This document shows, piece by piece, positions 1-11,498 of a DNA stretch of 64,000 bases; within the stretch, counting starts at the first letter, position 1, and each line of letters opens with the position of its first letter. Location: the NCBI GenBank assembly GCA_902536775.1, contig CACAYX010000002.1:4462-68461 (forward strand), written 5' to 3'. The notes under the pieces are model-generated. The model searched no databases and was not told the DNA's origin. It saw only the letters and a list, made by a program, of their open reading frames with translations. This stretch comes from an uncultured Prochlorococcus sp. (GTDB lineage: Bacteria; Cyanobacteriota; Cyanobacteriia; PCC-6307; Cyanobiaceae). The position numbers were made by a program, and so were the translations under genes.

Positions 1-492
1 GCAGCTGGTTATGTTACAAAAAGTTCTGGAGAGGGTATTTATTTTGCTGCAAAAAGCGGAAGAATGTGTGCTGAAGAAATTGTTGAAGCATCAAAAAATG
101 GTGAAGTAATTCCATCAGAAAAAGATTTAAAGAACTATCTTAAAAAATGGGATAAAAAATATGGAACAACTTATAAGGTGCTAGAAATCCTTCAAAATAT
201 TTTCTACAGAAATGATTCTGCTAGAGAAGCCTTCGTTGAGATGTGTGATGACATGGATGTTCAAAGACTTACTTTTGATAGTTACTTATACAAAAGAGTT
301 GTCTCCATGAAACCATTACAGCAACTTAAAATTACAATGCTTACACTTGGTTCGATTTTAAGAGGGAAAGCCCTAGCACCTCTAAAATATAAACCTGTTG
401 ATAGTGCTGTTAGGGAAAATAAAGAAGTAGAAAAAATGCTAGAAAATTATTCAATCAAGGGAGGAATTAAAGTTAAGAGTTCAAAAGTGTAA
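1..492 (+). CDS. chlP: geranylgeranyl reductase, 3' part (starts before window)
   Basis: Frame open from base 1: AAGYVTKSSGEGIYFAAKSGRMCAE..., then REAFVEMCDDMDVQRLTFDSYLYK. Confidence 0.93.
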   Translation, partial: AAGYVTKSSGEGIYFAAKSGRMCAEEIVEASKNGEVIPSEKDLKNYLKKWDKKYGTTYKVLEILQNIFYRNDSAREAFVEMCDDMDVQRLTFDSYLYKRVVSMKPLQQLKITMLTLGSILRGKALAPLKYKPVDSAVRENKEVEKMLENYSIKGGIKVKSSKV

Positions 493-2635
493 AGTCTGCT
501 ATTTTTAGAGAATAATTTCTAATTAAGCTCAACAAATTAAGTCTATTATTTCTTATTTTTAAATCCTCTGACATTATTAAGACTCCCTTTTCATTATCAA
601 ATAAGTCCTCGATAGTGCTTACATTAATCTCAAACAAATTTAGAAGTTCCGAATAATTGCAACAACCTTCTGAAAAAAGCTTTTCTAATTCTCCAATAAA
701 TTTAAAAACTTGCAATTCACAATCTTTTTCAAAAAGTTTTGTGTTTACATAATCTCTTGTTGAGAAAACATCTCTTGAAAGATCACTTTTATTTGCTAAT
801 TTGCTTACCCTAGTAACTACCTTTTGGATTTCAACAAAATTATCCTTTTCGTTAAAATTGATAATAGATTTAATCCTATTTTTAAGATCAACAATATTCA
901 ATACTCTTTTTTGAGGTAATTCATCAGAAGAGCAAACGGCCTTTATTAATTCTTTACTCAGTGATATTTCTTCCAGATGACTAACAATTCTTTGAACTAA
1001 AAATTCATTTAAATCATTAAATACTGTTTCTCTTGAGAAGTTTAAATTAGGAAATACGATTTTCCAAACATCAATAAGTTCGTTGAATAATTTATCTAAA
1101 GGTAAATCAAGTTCATAATCCCAAATTATCTTAATGACTCCATTCAAATTTCTTCTTAAAGCATAAGGATCAGATGATCCACTGGGACGTTTACCAGAAA
1201 TAAATATACTTATTAAAGTTTCGACCTTATCTGCTATGGAAACTATTGCACCATATTTTGTGGAGGGCAAAGCATCTTTATAAAAAGAAGGTAAATAATG
1301 TTCAGCGACAGCCAAGCAAACATCCTCACTAAATCCCTCATATTTAAGATATTTACCACCCATTATTCCTTGCAGCTCAGGGAATTCGAAAACAATTTCG
1401 CTACATAAGTCGTTTTTACAGTATTTAGCAGCTTCTATTATTTTTTTTTCTTCTAAAGACTTATCATTCAAAAATTTAAGAATTTTTTTAGTAACTTCCT
1501 CTATCCTTTCAACCCTCTGAAATATATTTCCAAATCCTTTCAAATAGGAAACAGATTTAAGCTTTTCATTTCTTTCGATTGAAGCAACTTTTTTGTCACT
1601 TTCTACGAAAAACTTTGCATCTGAAAACCTTGCCCTTAATACTTTCTCATTACCTTTAACAATATTATTATTTGATTCTTCAAGACCATTTGAAATAACG
1701 CAGAAAGTTGTACTAATATTTTTTTCAGAGCTTAAATCTAGTTTAGAAAAACTTTTGTTTTTCAATAAAAGAGGAACGTATCTCTGATGACTTTTCATAA
1801 CTGTTGAGAGAACTTCAACCGGAAGATCAAGAAATTTATCACTAAATTTGCCAATAATTAAGTCTGGCCACTCAACTAAATCAGTTAGTTCATTAAGTAA
1901 TCCTTCTGAAAGGTCAGGTTTCAGATTTAAAGATTTAGATGCTTGATTTATTAAACTTTCAATTTTTTCTTTTCTTTCTTTTCGAATAGCTATTACTCTA
2001 TTGCGTTTCAATAATTCAAAAAAATCATCAGGATTCTGAACTTCTAAAACTTCATTGATTAGCCTATGACTTTTTGTTTTATTACTTATATTGATCTTTG
2101 GATCACATTCATCAAATTCAAAATCAAGAATTTCATCATTATATATGGACAAAATCCACCTAATAGGTCTTGAAAATTTTATGTTCCCAGTCCCCCATTT
2201 CATAAATCGAGGGCCTTGAAGACTTTTTACTAATTTTGGGATAATCAAAGACAAAGAAATTTTTGTTGATAGTCCTTTCTCAATTTTCCTTCCAAATACA
2301 AAATCACCCTTTTCTGTATTTTTAATTTCTAGCTCACTTACATCTATATCTAAGCTATTAGCAAATCCTAAAGCAGCATTAGTAGGACATCCATTTAAAT
2401 AAGCTGAATTTGCTTTAGGCCCTTTTCTTTCTATTATCTTATCTTCTGCATAATCAACTAAACCTTCGAGAAGTAGAACTATCCTCCTTGGTGTGGAAGT
2501 AACAACTATATTTTCGAATTTAATTAACTTTTTATCCAATTCAAATTCTATTAGAGATTTAAATTGTTCTAGAACAGAATGAGAAAATTTTGCAGGCATC
2601 TCTTCTGTTCCTATCTCAAGTAAATATTTAGACAA
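473..2635 (-). CDS. glyS: glycine-tRNA ligase beta subunit
   Basis: LLEIGTEEMP, FSRPIRW, EFPELQGIMG, SGSSDPYALRR. Confidence 0.97.
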   Translation of the reverse strand: MSKYLLEIGTEEMPAKFSHSVLEQFKSLIEFELDKKLIKFENIVVTSTPRRIVLLLEGLVDYAEDKIIERKGPKANSAYLNGCPTNAALGFANSLDIDVSELEIKNTEKGDFVFGRKIEKGLSTKISLSLIIPKLVKSLQGPRFMKWGTGNIKFSRPIRWILSIYNDEILDFEFDECDPKINISNKTKSHRLINEVLEVQNPDDFFELLKRNRVIAIRKERKEKIESLINQASKSLNLKPDLSEGLLNELTDLVEWPDLIIGKFSDKFLDLPVEVLSTVMKSHQRYVPLLLKNKSFSKLDLSSEKNISTTFCVISNGLEESNNNIVKGNEKVLRARFSDAKFFVESDKKVASIERNEKLKSVSYLKGFGNIFQRVERIEEVTKKILKFLNDKSLEEKKIIEAAKYCKNDLCSEIVFEFPELQGIMGGKYLKYEGFSEDVCLAVAEHYLPSFYKDALPSTKYGAIVSIADKVETLISIFISGKRPSGSSDPYALRRNLNGVIKIIWDYELDLPLDKLFNELIDVWKIVFPNLNFSRETVFNDLNEFLVQRIVSHLEEISLSKELIKAVCSSDELPQKRVLNIVDLKNRIKSIINFNEKDNFVEIQKVVTRVSKLANKSDLSRDVFSTRDYVNTKLFEKDCELQVFKFIGELEKLFSEGCCNYSELLNLFEINVSTIEDLFDNEKGVLIMSEDLKIRNNRLNLLSLIRNYSLKIADFTLLNS

Positions 2636-2722
2636 GAAAAAAATATGACTTCACTTACTATAATTTACTACCAGTTAAATAAGCTTTTCGCTAATGTATA
2701 AAAAGAGATATTTTTTGGTCCT

Positions 2723-4510
2723 TTGATCAAGATTGAAAAAGTAAAAAAGAAAAAAGATCCCACCAAGGAAGAAACTGCTTGTTTGGCAAATGGACTAGAA
2801 GTTTCTAAATTTGAAAATTTTAAAAAAAGTAGCCAATTTCTTAAAGAACCACTTGCTACGGAATTAGTCAATGAGAGCGACCATTTTACCAATGATGCAG
2901 TTCAGTTATTAAAATTTCATGGCAGTTATCAACAAGATAACAGGGAAAATAGAAGGCCTGGCAAAAGTAAAGATTGGCAAATGATGCTTAGGTTAAGAAA
3001 TCCGGGCGGTGAAGTCCCTGGGAAATTATTTTTAGCATTAGATGAATTATCTGACAAACTAGGTAATGGAACACTTAGGGCCACTACAAGACAAGCCTTT
3101 CAAATGCATGGAATTAGAAAGGAGAACCTAAAGGAAGTAATTCAAACAATAGTAAATTCAATGGGCTCCACATTAGCTGCATGTGGAGACATAAATAGAA
3201 ACGTTATGGCCCCTGCGGCTCCATTTGATTCTCCAGACTATAATATTGCAAGATCATTGGCAAAAAAAGTTGCAGATCTTCTCACCCCAATGGCTGGACA
3301 AGGCACTTTTTTAGAGCTTTGGGCTGATGGAGATTTAGAGTACACCATAATGCCTGACAAAGATATTGAAGCAATTAGGAAGCTCCAATTCAAAGATAAT
3401 GTTTTTAGTGGGATAAAAGATGAGCCTCTTTATGGTTCAACTTATTTACCGAGAAAATTCAAATGTGCTGTAACAGTTCCTGGGGACAATTCTGTTGATC
3501 TTCTTACCAATGACATAGGAATAGTTGCCTTTACCTCTAAAGATGGAAACTTAGAAGGGTGCAACTTCTATGTTGGAGGTGGTATGGGTCGCACTCATAA
3601 TAATGAAGAGACCTTTGCCAGAATTGCAGATCCACTTGGATATGTTGAAGAACCTGATGTTTATGAATTGATACAAAGCATTGTGGCTATTCAAAGAGAT
3701 TATGGTGATAGAAAAACAAGAAAAAATTCGAGAATGAAATATCTTCTTCATAGAAAAGGTATTAAATGGTTCAAAAAGATACTTTCTGATAAGTATTTCA
3801 AAAAAGAGATTAAAAAAATCAGAAAAGAGCCTGATAAGGTTCTTATTGATTACCTTGGTTGGCATAAACAAAATAAAACCTCCTATTTCGTGGGTTTACC
3901 ATTATTATCGGGGAGATTATCTGGAGAGAAGAAGAATACCATCACAAGTATTGTTAAAAAATATAATTTAGATTTAAGACTCACACCTAATCAAGATATT
4001 TTACTTTGTAATATCCCCAATAAAAACAAAGGTGAAATTCAAAAATTTCTATCAAAAATTGGATATGAAAATTTAGAAAACATTAATGAAATACAAAGAC
4101 ATGCTTTGGCTTGTCCTGCTTTACCACTTTGCGGTCTTGCAATGACAGAAGCTGAAAGAATACTACCTGATGTATTAACAAGGATTGAAAATTTACTATT
4201 AGATCTAAAAATACAAAAGACAATATTATTTAGAATGACAGGATGTCCGAATGGATGTACCAGGCCTTATATGGCCGAATTAGCACTTGTTGGAAGTGGG
4301 CAAAACAAATATCAATTATGGTTGGGGGGAAGTAAAAATCTACAAAGGCTGGCTAAACCATTCTTACAAAGAATGGAACTTAACGATTTAGAAAAAACTC
4401 TTCAACCATTATTTGATAATTGGAAGAGTAATCTGGATTTAGATTTCGGAGATTTTATAAATACTCAAGATGAAAATTATATATTGAATTTACTAGATAA
4501 AAATCAATAA
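2723..4510 (+). CDS. sir: ferredoxin-sulfite reductase
   Basis: KFHGSYQQD, YLPRKFK, ACPALPLC and MTGCPNGC siroheme/Fe-S motifs. Confidence 0.95.
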   Translation: MIKIEKVKKKKDPTKEETACLANGLEVSKFENFKKSSQFLKEPLATELVNESDHFTNDAVQLLKFHGSYQQDNRENRRPGKSKDWQMMLRLRNPGGEVPGKLFLALDELSDKLGNGTLRATTRQAFQMHGIRKENLKEVIQTIVNSMGSTLAACGDINRNVMAPAAPFDSPDYNIARSLAKKVADLLTPMAGQGTFLELWADGDLEYTIMPDKDIEAIRKLQFKDNVFSGIKDEPLYGSTYLPRKFKCAVTVPGDNSVDLLTNDIGIVAFTSKDGNLEGCNFYVGGGMGRTHNNEETFARIADPLGYVEEPDVYELIQSIVAIQRDYGDRKTRKNSRMKYLLHRKGIKWFKKILSDKYFKKEIKKIRKEPDKVLIDYLGWHKQNKTSYFVGLPLLSGRLSGEKKNTITSIVKKYNLDLRLTPNQDILLCNIPNKNKGEIQKFLSKIGYENLENINEIQRHALACPALPLCGLAMTEAERILPDVLTRIENLLLDLKIQKTILFRMTGCPNGCTRPYMAELALVGSGQNKYQLWLGGSKNLQRLAKPFLQRMELNDLEKTLQPLFDNWKSNLDLDFGDFINTQDENYILNLLDKNQ

Positions 4511-4513
4511 AAT

Positions 4514-5197
4514 TTAAATTTTTCCATAAAGGGCATTTGCTTTTTTATTTTTCCAAGCCCATAATTGATCACCATAACTAAAATGCCACCATTCATTAGG
4601 ATGTTGAGCAAATCCGAATTTATTCATAATTTCCCTTAATAAATTTCTTCTACTATTCCAAATAATTGCTTCTTCATTCTTTATGTTTGCATAAAAATAA
4701 GGATTTGAGGTCTCATCCATTTGATCAACCATACTTCCCATTTCAACAAGATTCCCGTCTTTATCTAATAAACAAACATCCAATGCACCCCCAGTTGAAT
4801 GAGGGGGAGGACAACTAGTGTCATAAGAAGGATATGCCCAAAATTTTTCAACTTTTTTTAAAATGGATGGATAAGATTTTATATTTTCAAATGAAATATC
4901 AATATCAGATTTTTCACACTCTAATAAAATTGCTCTTTTAAACATAAATTCCTGGACTTCTAAAGGTCGCCAACTGTCATAAATTAAAAGTTTAAAACTA
5001 CTCTTTGATATCAAATAATCATGAACTTTAACTAATCTATTAACTACCTCCTCCCTTAGTTTCCAAATAGAAGTTTTATCTTTGTAAGGTGCTCCAAAAT
5101 GTGAGTAAGGGTGGGGATCTAAAAACTTTAGGCAGCTAGGTATAACTATTAATTTTTCTCCATTATCTTTAATTGGTATTTGATTCCAAATTTTCAA
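4514..5197 (-). CDS. M15 family D-Ala-D-Ala dipeptidase (VanX-like)
   Basis: DSWRP, PHSTGGALD, EWWHFSY. Confidence 0.9.
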   Translation of the reverse strand: MKIWNQIPIKDNGEKLIVIPSCLKFLDPHPYSHFGAPYKDKTSIWKLREEVVNRLVKVHDYLISKSSFKLLIYDSWRPLEVQEFMFKRAILLECEKSDIDISFENIKSYPSILKKVEKFWAYPSYDTSCPPPHSTGGALDVCLLDKDGNLVEMGSMVDQMDETSNPYFYANIKNEEAIIWNSRRNLLREIMNKFGFAQHPNEWWHFSYGDQLWAWKNKKANALYGKI

Positions 5198-5254
5198 TTG
5201 AAGTTTGCAATTGATTTATAGTGGCATATATTTCAAAAATTACAATGATAGTTT

Positions 5255-7711
5255 TCAATTTAAGAAATCATGAATGAATTTATTATCAGAATTATCAATA
5301 AGTATATTCCTTAAAACAATATTTTCTTTTAAATCAGGATCATCTCTAACAATTTTAATAGCCTCTTCACGAGCCTTATCAATAAGAAATTTATTGTTAG
5401 GTAAATTGTCCAGTACAAAATCAGGCAATCCGGATTGTCTATATCCTAAAATCTGGCCTGGTCCTCTAAGCTCCAAGTCTTTTTCTGCAATATAAAAGCC
5501 ATCGTTAGATTTTTGCAAAACACAAAGTCGTTTATTTTCTAATCCATTTTTATCAGAGGTTACCAAATAACAAAAAGATTTTGTTGATCCTCTACCAACT
5601 CTTCCCCTTAATTGATGTAGCTGGGACAATCCAAATCTGTCCGAATTATAAATAATCATAATTGTGGCGTTAGGCACATCAATGCCAACCTCAATTACTG
5701 TGGTTGAAACCAATATATTAATTTCATTCTTTAAAAAAGAATTAATTACTTCATTCTTTTCTTGTGAACTTAATTTCCCATGTAATAATCCAACTTTTTT
5801 ATTAAAAAAGACCTCTTCTGATAAATATTTGAATGTTTTCTTTGCGGAGCTTAAATTCATTTTTTCTGAATCTTCTATAAGTGGCAAAATCACATAAGCT
5901 TGCTTTCCCTTATTGATCTCATCTTCAACAATCTTGAACAAGTTAGTTAAATCATCTTCTGAAATTATTTTTGTTTTTATAGGAACTCTCCCAGGAGGGA
6001 GTTCTGTAATTTGACTCACATCTAAATCACCATAAATAGAAAGCGCAAGTGTTCTTGGAATTGGTGTTGCTGTCATTGATAACAAGTTAGTATTTTCTCC
6101 TTTATTTAGTAATCTATTTCTTTGAGTAACTCCAAATCTATGCTGTTCATCAATTACGACCATCCCTAATGCATTAAAAATGACTTTATCCTCAAATAAT
6201 GCATGCGTACCTACGAGGATATCAACTAATCCATTGTTCAAATTAGAGAAAATTTCTTTTCTCTTTTTTTGAGGAGTATTCCCAGTAAGTAGCTCAACTG
6301 AAACTAAAAGGGGGTTCAAATATTTTAATAAATTTTTATAATGCTGTTCTGCCAATACCTCAGTTGGAACCATAAATGCACCTTGTAAGTTTTTTTCAAT
6401 GACAATTAAAAGAGACGCTATTGCAATTATGGTTTTACCGCTTCCCACATCTCCCTGAAGCAATCTAGACATTGGTACTGGACTAGATAAATCTTTCTTA
6501 ATTTCATTTAAAACATTTTCTTGAGATTTTGTTAATTCAAAAGGAAAAGTATTTAAAAATTCTTTTAATAAAGATTTCTTTTGAGGTAATTGTTGGGAAG
6601 TTGCATTTTTATTAGTCTTTCTTTTTCTAAGTAGGAACTTTATTTGAAGTAAGAACAACTCATCAAAAACCAAACGTTTTTTTGACTCAATAAGTGCCTG
6701 TTGAGTTGGGGGAAAATGAATATTAATCAACGACTCTCCTTTTGATAATAAAGATAATGAATCAAGTTGTTTTTTATTTAAAATTTCTGGATATTGCTTT
6801 GCATAAATTAGTACCTTTTTCATAAGTTTTATAAAACTCATATTTGATAATGCTTCACCTAATGAATACAAGGGTAATATTTTGCCTGAAAAATTAAAAT
6901 TATCATTGTTATCCTTAAGAATTTCAATCTGCGGATCTACAAAAGTTTTGCCATACTCTGTCAATTTAACCTTACCGGAAATTGCTAATTTGGTACCAGG
7001 AGTATACAAAGATTTTTGAGATGTGAAGAAGGAGTAAGATCTAAATCTTCTTCCTAAAAAAAATTTTGTAACCTTTATTGAAGACGTCTCATCAAGAACG
7101 ACAATATTCATTATTGATAAATTACTATTTTTTTTACTCTTATGAATATAAAATCTTTTAACGTTTGCGATGCACGTGTATAAATTATCTGGTTTTAAAT
7201 TTATTATCTTGACTCTATTCGTATAGTCTAGATATGTTCGTGGGAAATAATTAATTAGATCTTTTATATGAAATATCCCTAATTCATTAAGCTTATTTTT
7301 AAAAACTTTTCCTACATTTTTTATTAATGAAATATCTGAATCAAAAGACAAACTTACATCAGCTTTATTCAGAAAAACATTACTAGAAATATTATTAGAA
7401 CTTTCTATTTCTAGAGTTTTACCTAGTTTATAAAGATTTTTTCTTGTATCTATAATTAACCTTTTTCTTTGATTTTCATCTAATTTATTGTATTCATTAT
7501 ATTTTTTTGAAAATTCATAAAATATCCTTAAATATTCGTCTGAGAGATTTAGATTATCTAGTTTTTTTAAAGATTCATGCAAATAATCATTAAAATATTT
7601 TTCTCTTCCTAAAGTATTAATAAATTTGTTTTCAGTTTCAATAGTAAGAGATTTTTGAAGAGGTCTTATCCAATCTTTAATAAATTTATTATTATTCCCG
7701 CTAATAGTCAC
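5255..7711 (-). CDS. recG: ATP-dependent DNA helicase RecG
   Basis: QGDVGSGKT, DEQHRFG, MTATPIPRT, QLRGRVGRG. Confidence 0.97.
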   Translation of the reverse strand: MTISGNNNKFIKDWIRPLQKSLTIETENKFINTLGREKYFNDYLHESLKKLDNLNLSDEYLRIFYEFSKKYNEYNKLDENQRKRLIIDTRKNLYKLGKTLEIESSNNISSNVFLNKADVSLSFDSDISLIKNVGKVFKNKLNELGIFHIKDLINYFPRTYLDYTNRVKIINLKPDNLYTCIANVKRFYIHKSKKNSNLSIMNIVVLDETSSIKVTKFFLGRRFRSYSFFTSQKSLYTPGTKLAISGKVKLTEYGKTFVDPQIEILKDNNDNFNFSGKILPLYSLGEALSNMSFIKLMKKVLIYAKQYPEILNKKQLDSLSLLSKGESLINIHFPPTQQALIESKKRLVFDELFLLQIKFLLRKRKTNKNATSQQLPQKKSLLKEFLNTFPFELTKSQENVLNEIKKDLSSPVPMSRLLQGDVGSGKTIIAIASLLIVIEKNLQGAFMVPTEVLAEQHYKNLLKYLNPLLVSVELLTGNTPQKKRKEIFSNLNNGLVDILVGTHALFEDKVIFNALGMVVIDEQHRFGVTQRNRLLNKGENTNLLSMTATPIPRTLALSIYGDLDVSQITELPPGRVPIKTKIISEDDLTNLFKIVEDEINKGKQAYVILPLIEDSEKMNLSSAKKTFKYLSEEVFFNKKVGLLHGKLSSQEKNEVINSFLKNEINILVSTTVIEVGIDVPNATIMIIYNSDRFGLSQLHQLRGRVGRGSTKSFCYLVTSDKNGLENKRLCVLQKSNDGFYIAEKDLELRGPGQILGYRQSGLPDFVLDNLPNNKFLIDKAREEAIKIVRDDPDLKENIVLRNILIDNSDNKFIHDFLN

Positions 7712-7733
7712 ATTTGAAAAAAGAATTATTTTT

Positions 7734-8888
7734 TCATCGTATTTTATTCAAAGTTATTTCTTTTTGCCTCCAATATGTCTCTTTTTTAATCAAACGCTGA
7801 AATTGATTTTTTAGGTCATTTATTTTGTTCCTTTGAATAGAAAGATTTAAATTTTTAAACTCTAACTCAACAGTAGATATATTGAAGAAAATAATACTTG
7901 GAAAATTATTGCCGACTTGTGATGACCGATTTAAGTTTAATTCGAAATTAATAACAAAAGGATATGGATGTTTTATCATAAAATTTTTCCCTACTAAGTA
8001 ATCAAAGGAATCTTTAGATATCATCTTTTTTATTAGATTTGCCTTGAATAATTCTTGGTTAATATTATATGAAAGATTCAATAGTAAATTTTCCAATGAC
8101 TTGTCTATTAAATCAAAATTATTAAGAATCTGATTTTTTGGTAAATTATCTATTTGATTGATATTTTCTTTTTCTTGATATCTTGGTTTTTCCACTTTTT
8201 CTTCTCCTATTAATTCAAGTAAGGAGGAAATAAATTGTTTTTCAACTCCCAAATTTTCAAAAATATTGTTTTTAGATAAATAATTATTATGGTGGTTATT
8301 ATCTAAATCAAGAGATACGAATTTCTCAAAATTATGAGCTTGATAATATTCAGAAGTATTTGAAAAGTCTTCAGTAATCTTTAACTGAGTGGGTTCTTTT
8401 AATTGAAAACCATCTTCATATTGAAAATTTTCTTTTTGATCACCCTTTATTTTTGTGGAACTATCCAAAATATTTAGATTAATTTCCTTATTTATATTTT
8501 TTTCAATTTCATTTATCTTTAATTGTTCTACTGTTAAAAAGGGTAAATTCGTTAATATTAATTTACTTATTTTTTTTTCAAAAAGACTATAAAATTCATT
8601 TTCATTTAAGAAATTATCATTAATTGTTGGATCACTATATATTTGATTAAGGCCTTTTTTTACAGATGTTAAAAGTAGATCTCTTACTAAATCAAGATAA
8701 AGTTCATATTCCTTATAGATATTTCTAATTAATTTTGTTTTTTGTACATTAGCTCTCTCCAATTGAGAATTAACTTTATCTATATCTACGTAATTATTGA
8801 AATTATTCAAATCATTCAAGTGACTAATTTGATTGCATTGATGCAACCTCTTCAGCAAAGTCCATCTGATTTTTTTCGATACCTTCAC
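7734..8888 (-). CDS. conserved hypothetical protein between tsf and recG; true start probably just after the tsf stop (~8816)
   Basis: Long Asn/Lys-rich ORF; listed start overlaps tsf by 65 nt. Confidence 0.7.
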   Translation of the reverse strand: MKVSKKIRWTLLKRLHQCNQISHLNDLNNFNNYVDIDKVNSQLERANVQKTKLIRNIYKEYELYLDLVRDLLLTSVKKGLNQIYSDPTINDNFLNENEFYSLFEKKISKLILTNLPFLTVEQLKINEIEKNINKEINLNILDSSTKIKGDQKENFQYEDGFQLKEPTQLKITEDFSNTSEYYQAHNFEKFVSLDLDNNHHNNYLSKNNIFENLGVEKQFISSLLELIGEEKVEKPRYQEKENINQIDNLPKNQILNNFDLIDKSLENLLLNLSYNINQELFKANLIKKMISKDSFDYLVGKNFMIKHPYPFVINFELNLNRSSQVGNNFPSIIFFNISTVELEFKNLNLSIQRNKINDLKNQFQRLIKKETYWRQKEITLNKIR

Positions 8889-9480
8889 CCAATGTATATC
8901 TTGTAAAACGTCTTACTTTGATATTTTCCCCAATTTTTGCAGCGGCTTGTTTAACGAGATCCTCAACAGTAAGAGAACTATCTTTAATATAAGGTTGTGA
9001 AAGCAAAACTAACTCATTAAGTCTTTTCGCAATTCTCCCTTCAACTATTTTTTCTTTAATTTGTTCTGGTTTTCCAGATAAATCATCTCTCCCCATTTCA
9101 ATCTGCTTTTCTTTTTCCACAACATCTTCAGGTATTTCGTCAATTGAGACATACTCAACATTTGGGCAAGCTGCAACTTGCATTGAGACATCTTTCAAAA
9201 GAGATTGAAAAATATCACCTCTAGCAACAAAATCAGTTTCACAATTTAACTCTATTAAAACTCCAACTCTTGATCCAGTATGTATATAACTACCAATTGA
9301 ACCTTCAGCCGCAACTCTTCCTGATTTTTTTTCAGCACTAGCTATGCCTTTCTTTCTTAACCATTCCAAGGCTTTATCAATATTTCCATCAGTTTCGTTA
9401 AGTGCTTTTTTGCAATCCATCATTCCTGCACCAGTCTTGTCTCTAAGATCTTTTACAAGTTTTGCTGTAATGTTTCCCAT
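8824..9480 (-). CDS. tsf: elongation factor Ts
   Basis: [29 protein letters not shown]. Confidence 0.98.
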   Translation of the reverse strand: MGNITAKLVKDLRDKTGAGMMDCKKALNETDGNIDKALEWLRKKGIASAEKKSGRVAAEGSIGSYIHTGSRVGVLIELNCETDFVARGDIFQSLLKDVSMQVAACPNVEYVSIDEIPEDVVEKEKQIEMGRDDLSGKPEQIKEKIVEGRIAKRLNELVLLSQPYIKDSSLTVEDLVKQAAAKIGENIKVRRFTRYTLGEGIEKNQMDFAEEVASMQSN

Positions 9481-9523
9481 TTGAAGTAATAAAGATAGTA
9501 ATTAGTAAATTTTAAAATAGAGT

Positions 9524-10228
9524 TTAATTTTTTCTTTCGGCATTAGAACCCTTTCGGCCCTCATTTATAGCATCTGCAAGTCTTCCTAAAATTAGTTGCA
9601 CAGATCTAACTGCATCATCGTTACATGGAATTGGGACCTCACACAAATCCGGATCGCAGTTTGTATCCAACATTGATACTAATGAGATATCTAATTTTCT
9701 AGCTTCTAGTACTGCATTAGATTCTCTTCTCTGATCAACTAAAACAACTACGTCTGGTAATCTTCTCATGTTTTTAAGACCACCTAAGTATTTTTGTAAT
9801 CTTTCAAGTTCTCTCCTTAAAACTGCAGCTTCTTTTTTAGGCCTCATTGCAATTGAACCACTACTTTCCATTCTTTCAAGATCCTTTAATCTTTCAATCC
9901 TGGCTTTCATTGTTGTCCAATTAGTCAACATCCCTCCAAGCCATCTTTGATTTACATATGCAGCCCCACATCTAGTAGCTTCCTGAGCTACTACATCTGA
10001 TGCTTGTTTTTTTGTGCCGACAAATAGGAAACGTTTACCGCTTTTTGCTGCGTTTCTTGTCCATTTATACGCATTGTTCATACACAATGCTGTTTTTACG
10101 AGATCAATAATATGAACTCCATTTCTCGCGCAATATATATACTTAGACATCTTGGGATTCCAACGTCTAGTTTGGTGCCCAAAATGAGCACCAGCTTCCA
10201 TCATTTCTGATAGTGATACAACAGCCAT
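9524..10228 (-). CDS. rpsB: 30S ribosomal protein S2
   Basis: [17 protein letters not shown]. Confidence 0.98.
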   Translation of the reverse strand: MAVVSLSEMMEAGAHFGHQTRRWNPKMSKYIYCARNGVHIIDLVKTALCMNNAYKWTRNAAKSGKRFLFVGTKKQASDVVAQEATRCGAAYVNQRWLGGMLTNWTTMKARIERLKDLERMESSGSIAMRPKKEAAVLRRELERLQKYLGGLKNMRRLPDVVVLVDQRRESNAVLEARKLDISLVSMLDTNCDPDLCEVPIPCNDDAVRSVQLILGRLADAINEGRKGSNAERKN

Positions 10229-10237
10229 AATTCAAAA

Positions 10238-10310
10238 AGGGTTTCGGGTTAGCCTCCATCTGACGGGGAATTAATATTAATAATTCACCCGAAACTGTCA
10301 GATGTGTGAG
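10238..10310 (-). promoter_or_regulatory. rpsB (S2) leader RNA, t44-like, pseudoknot-capable
   Basis: CAUCUGAC/GUCAGAUG stem and GUUUCGGGU/ACCCGAAAC pairing in the rpsB 5' leader. Confidence 0.8.
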
Positions 10311-10357
10311 ATTTAATCCAATTATCTTAGCAAGTGATGTGTATTTCTAAAAGTTTT

Positions 10358-11269
10358 TTATCTTGATTTGGATAAGTGTTTAATGTAAATCATATTTAGA
10401 GGGATTCTAAGTATCTCAAGAGCAACTCTATTTCTTCTTATATTTACTAGGAATCTTAATAAAGGAAGGATTCTATCAATACTGATTAGTCCTCCCAAAC
10501 AAAGAATTAGCCAAATTAAATTATGGAGAGGAGTTAATTGAATCATAAATCTAACCCTTAAATTTGGGTGTTTCTTATAAAACACTAATGCCATTTTTGC
10601 TCTCTCTTTTTCTTGAGCTATTAATGAATCTATTTGTTCGCAATTAAATGGAGGATGCCAATGAAAACCTACTGCATTTGGACATTTAATTAATTTTGTC
10701 CCAATTTTTTTTAATCTTTCTCCAAGTTCTAAATCCTCCCAACCGTAAAGACTAAAAGAAGTATCAAATAATCCCACACTTAAAATCAATTCTTTTGATA
10801 TCGCTACATTCCCAGTAGCAAAGTATGCAAAAGAAGTGTCCATTATTTTATGTTTTTCACTCTGAGGATTTAGAAAATTAGATGTATTTATTACCGAGCC
10901 ATAGGTAAAACATTTTTTATCATTTTTTCTCCAAGAGGTAAGTAATTTTTCTACGTGGCAATTTATAAAATTGTCTAAAACAATAAGATCACTATCAATG
11001 AATATAATAATTTCATATTTTGATTTAATTACTCCCAGATTTCTTGCAAGTGCAGGCCCACCATGTTCTTGCTGAAATAGAATAACGTGTTGGAGATTAG
11101 CTTTGTTTTTATTTATCCATGAGGTTGTCCCATCAGTTGATCCATCATCAACTACTATTACTTCATAATTGCTGATATTTGTATTTAATTTTTGATTCTC
11201 AAGCGCAAATAGACATTTCTCTAATATAGGTAATCTATTGTAAGTCGGTATGACAATACTTACATTCAT
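10358..11269 (-). CDS. family 2 glycosyltransferase
   Basis: SIVIPTYN, VVDDGSTDGT, FIDSD, YGWEDLELG. Confidence 0.93.
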   Translation of the reverse strand: MNVSIVIPTYNRLPILEKCLFALENQKLNTNISNYEVIVVDDGSTDGTTSWINKNKANLQHVILFQQEHGGPALARNLGVIKSKYEIIIFIDSDLIVLDNFINCHVEKLLTSWRKNDKKCFTYGSVINTSNFLNPQSEKHKIMDTSFAYFATGNVAISKELILSVGLFDTSFSLYGWEDLELGERLKKIGTKLIKCPNAVGFHWHPPFNCEQIDSLIAQEKERAKMALVFYKKHPNLRVRFMIQLTPLHNLIWLILCLGGLISIDRILPLLRFLVNIRRNRVALEILRIPLNMIYIKHLSKSR

Positions 11270-11330
11270 GATTGCGTCTTAAATTTGCATGAAATATTAA
11301 ACCCCAAAAGATAAAAATAAAAGATATTCC

Positions 11331-11480
11331 CTAATCAGCTGCACCGCCATTATTTGCTGTGCCTGTAACGTTCCCACCATCAGGTCTTCCATCAGTTCTT
11401 AATTTCCTTTTTTTGAATTTTCTAGCATAGGCTCTATTACGTTCCTGCTTTTCTTTTTTTAGATTCCTTCTCTTAGACAT
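11331..11480 (-). CDS. 49-aa basic protein MSKRRNLKKEKQERNRAYARKFKKRK...
   Basis: Hand-translated; fills the devA-glycosyltransferase gap on the operon strand. Confidence 0.75.
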   Translation of the reverse strand: MSKRRNLKKEKQERNRAYARKFKKRKLRTDGRPDGGNVTGTANNGGAAD

Positions 11481-11498
11481 AAAATTTTTAACTTTTAA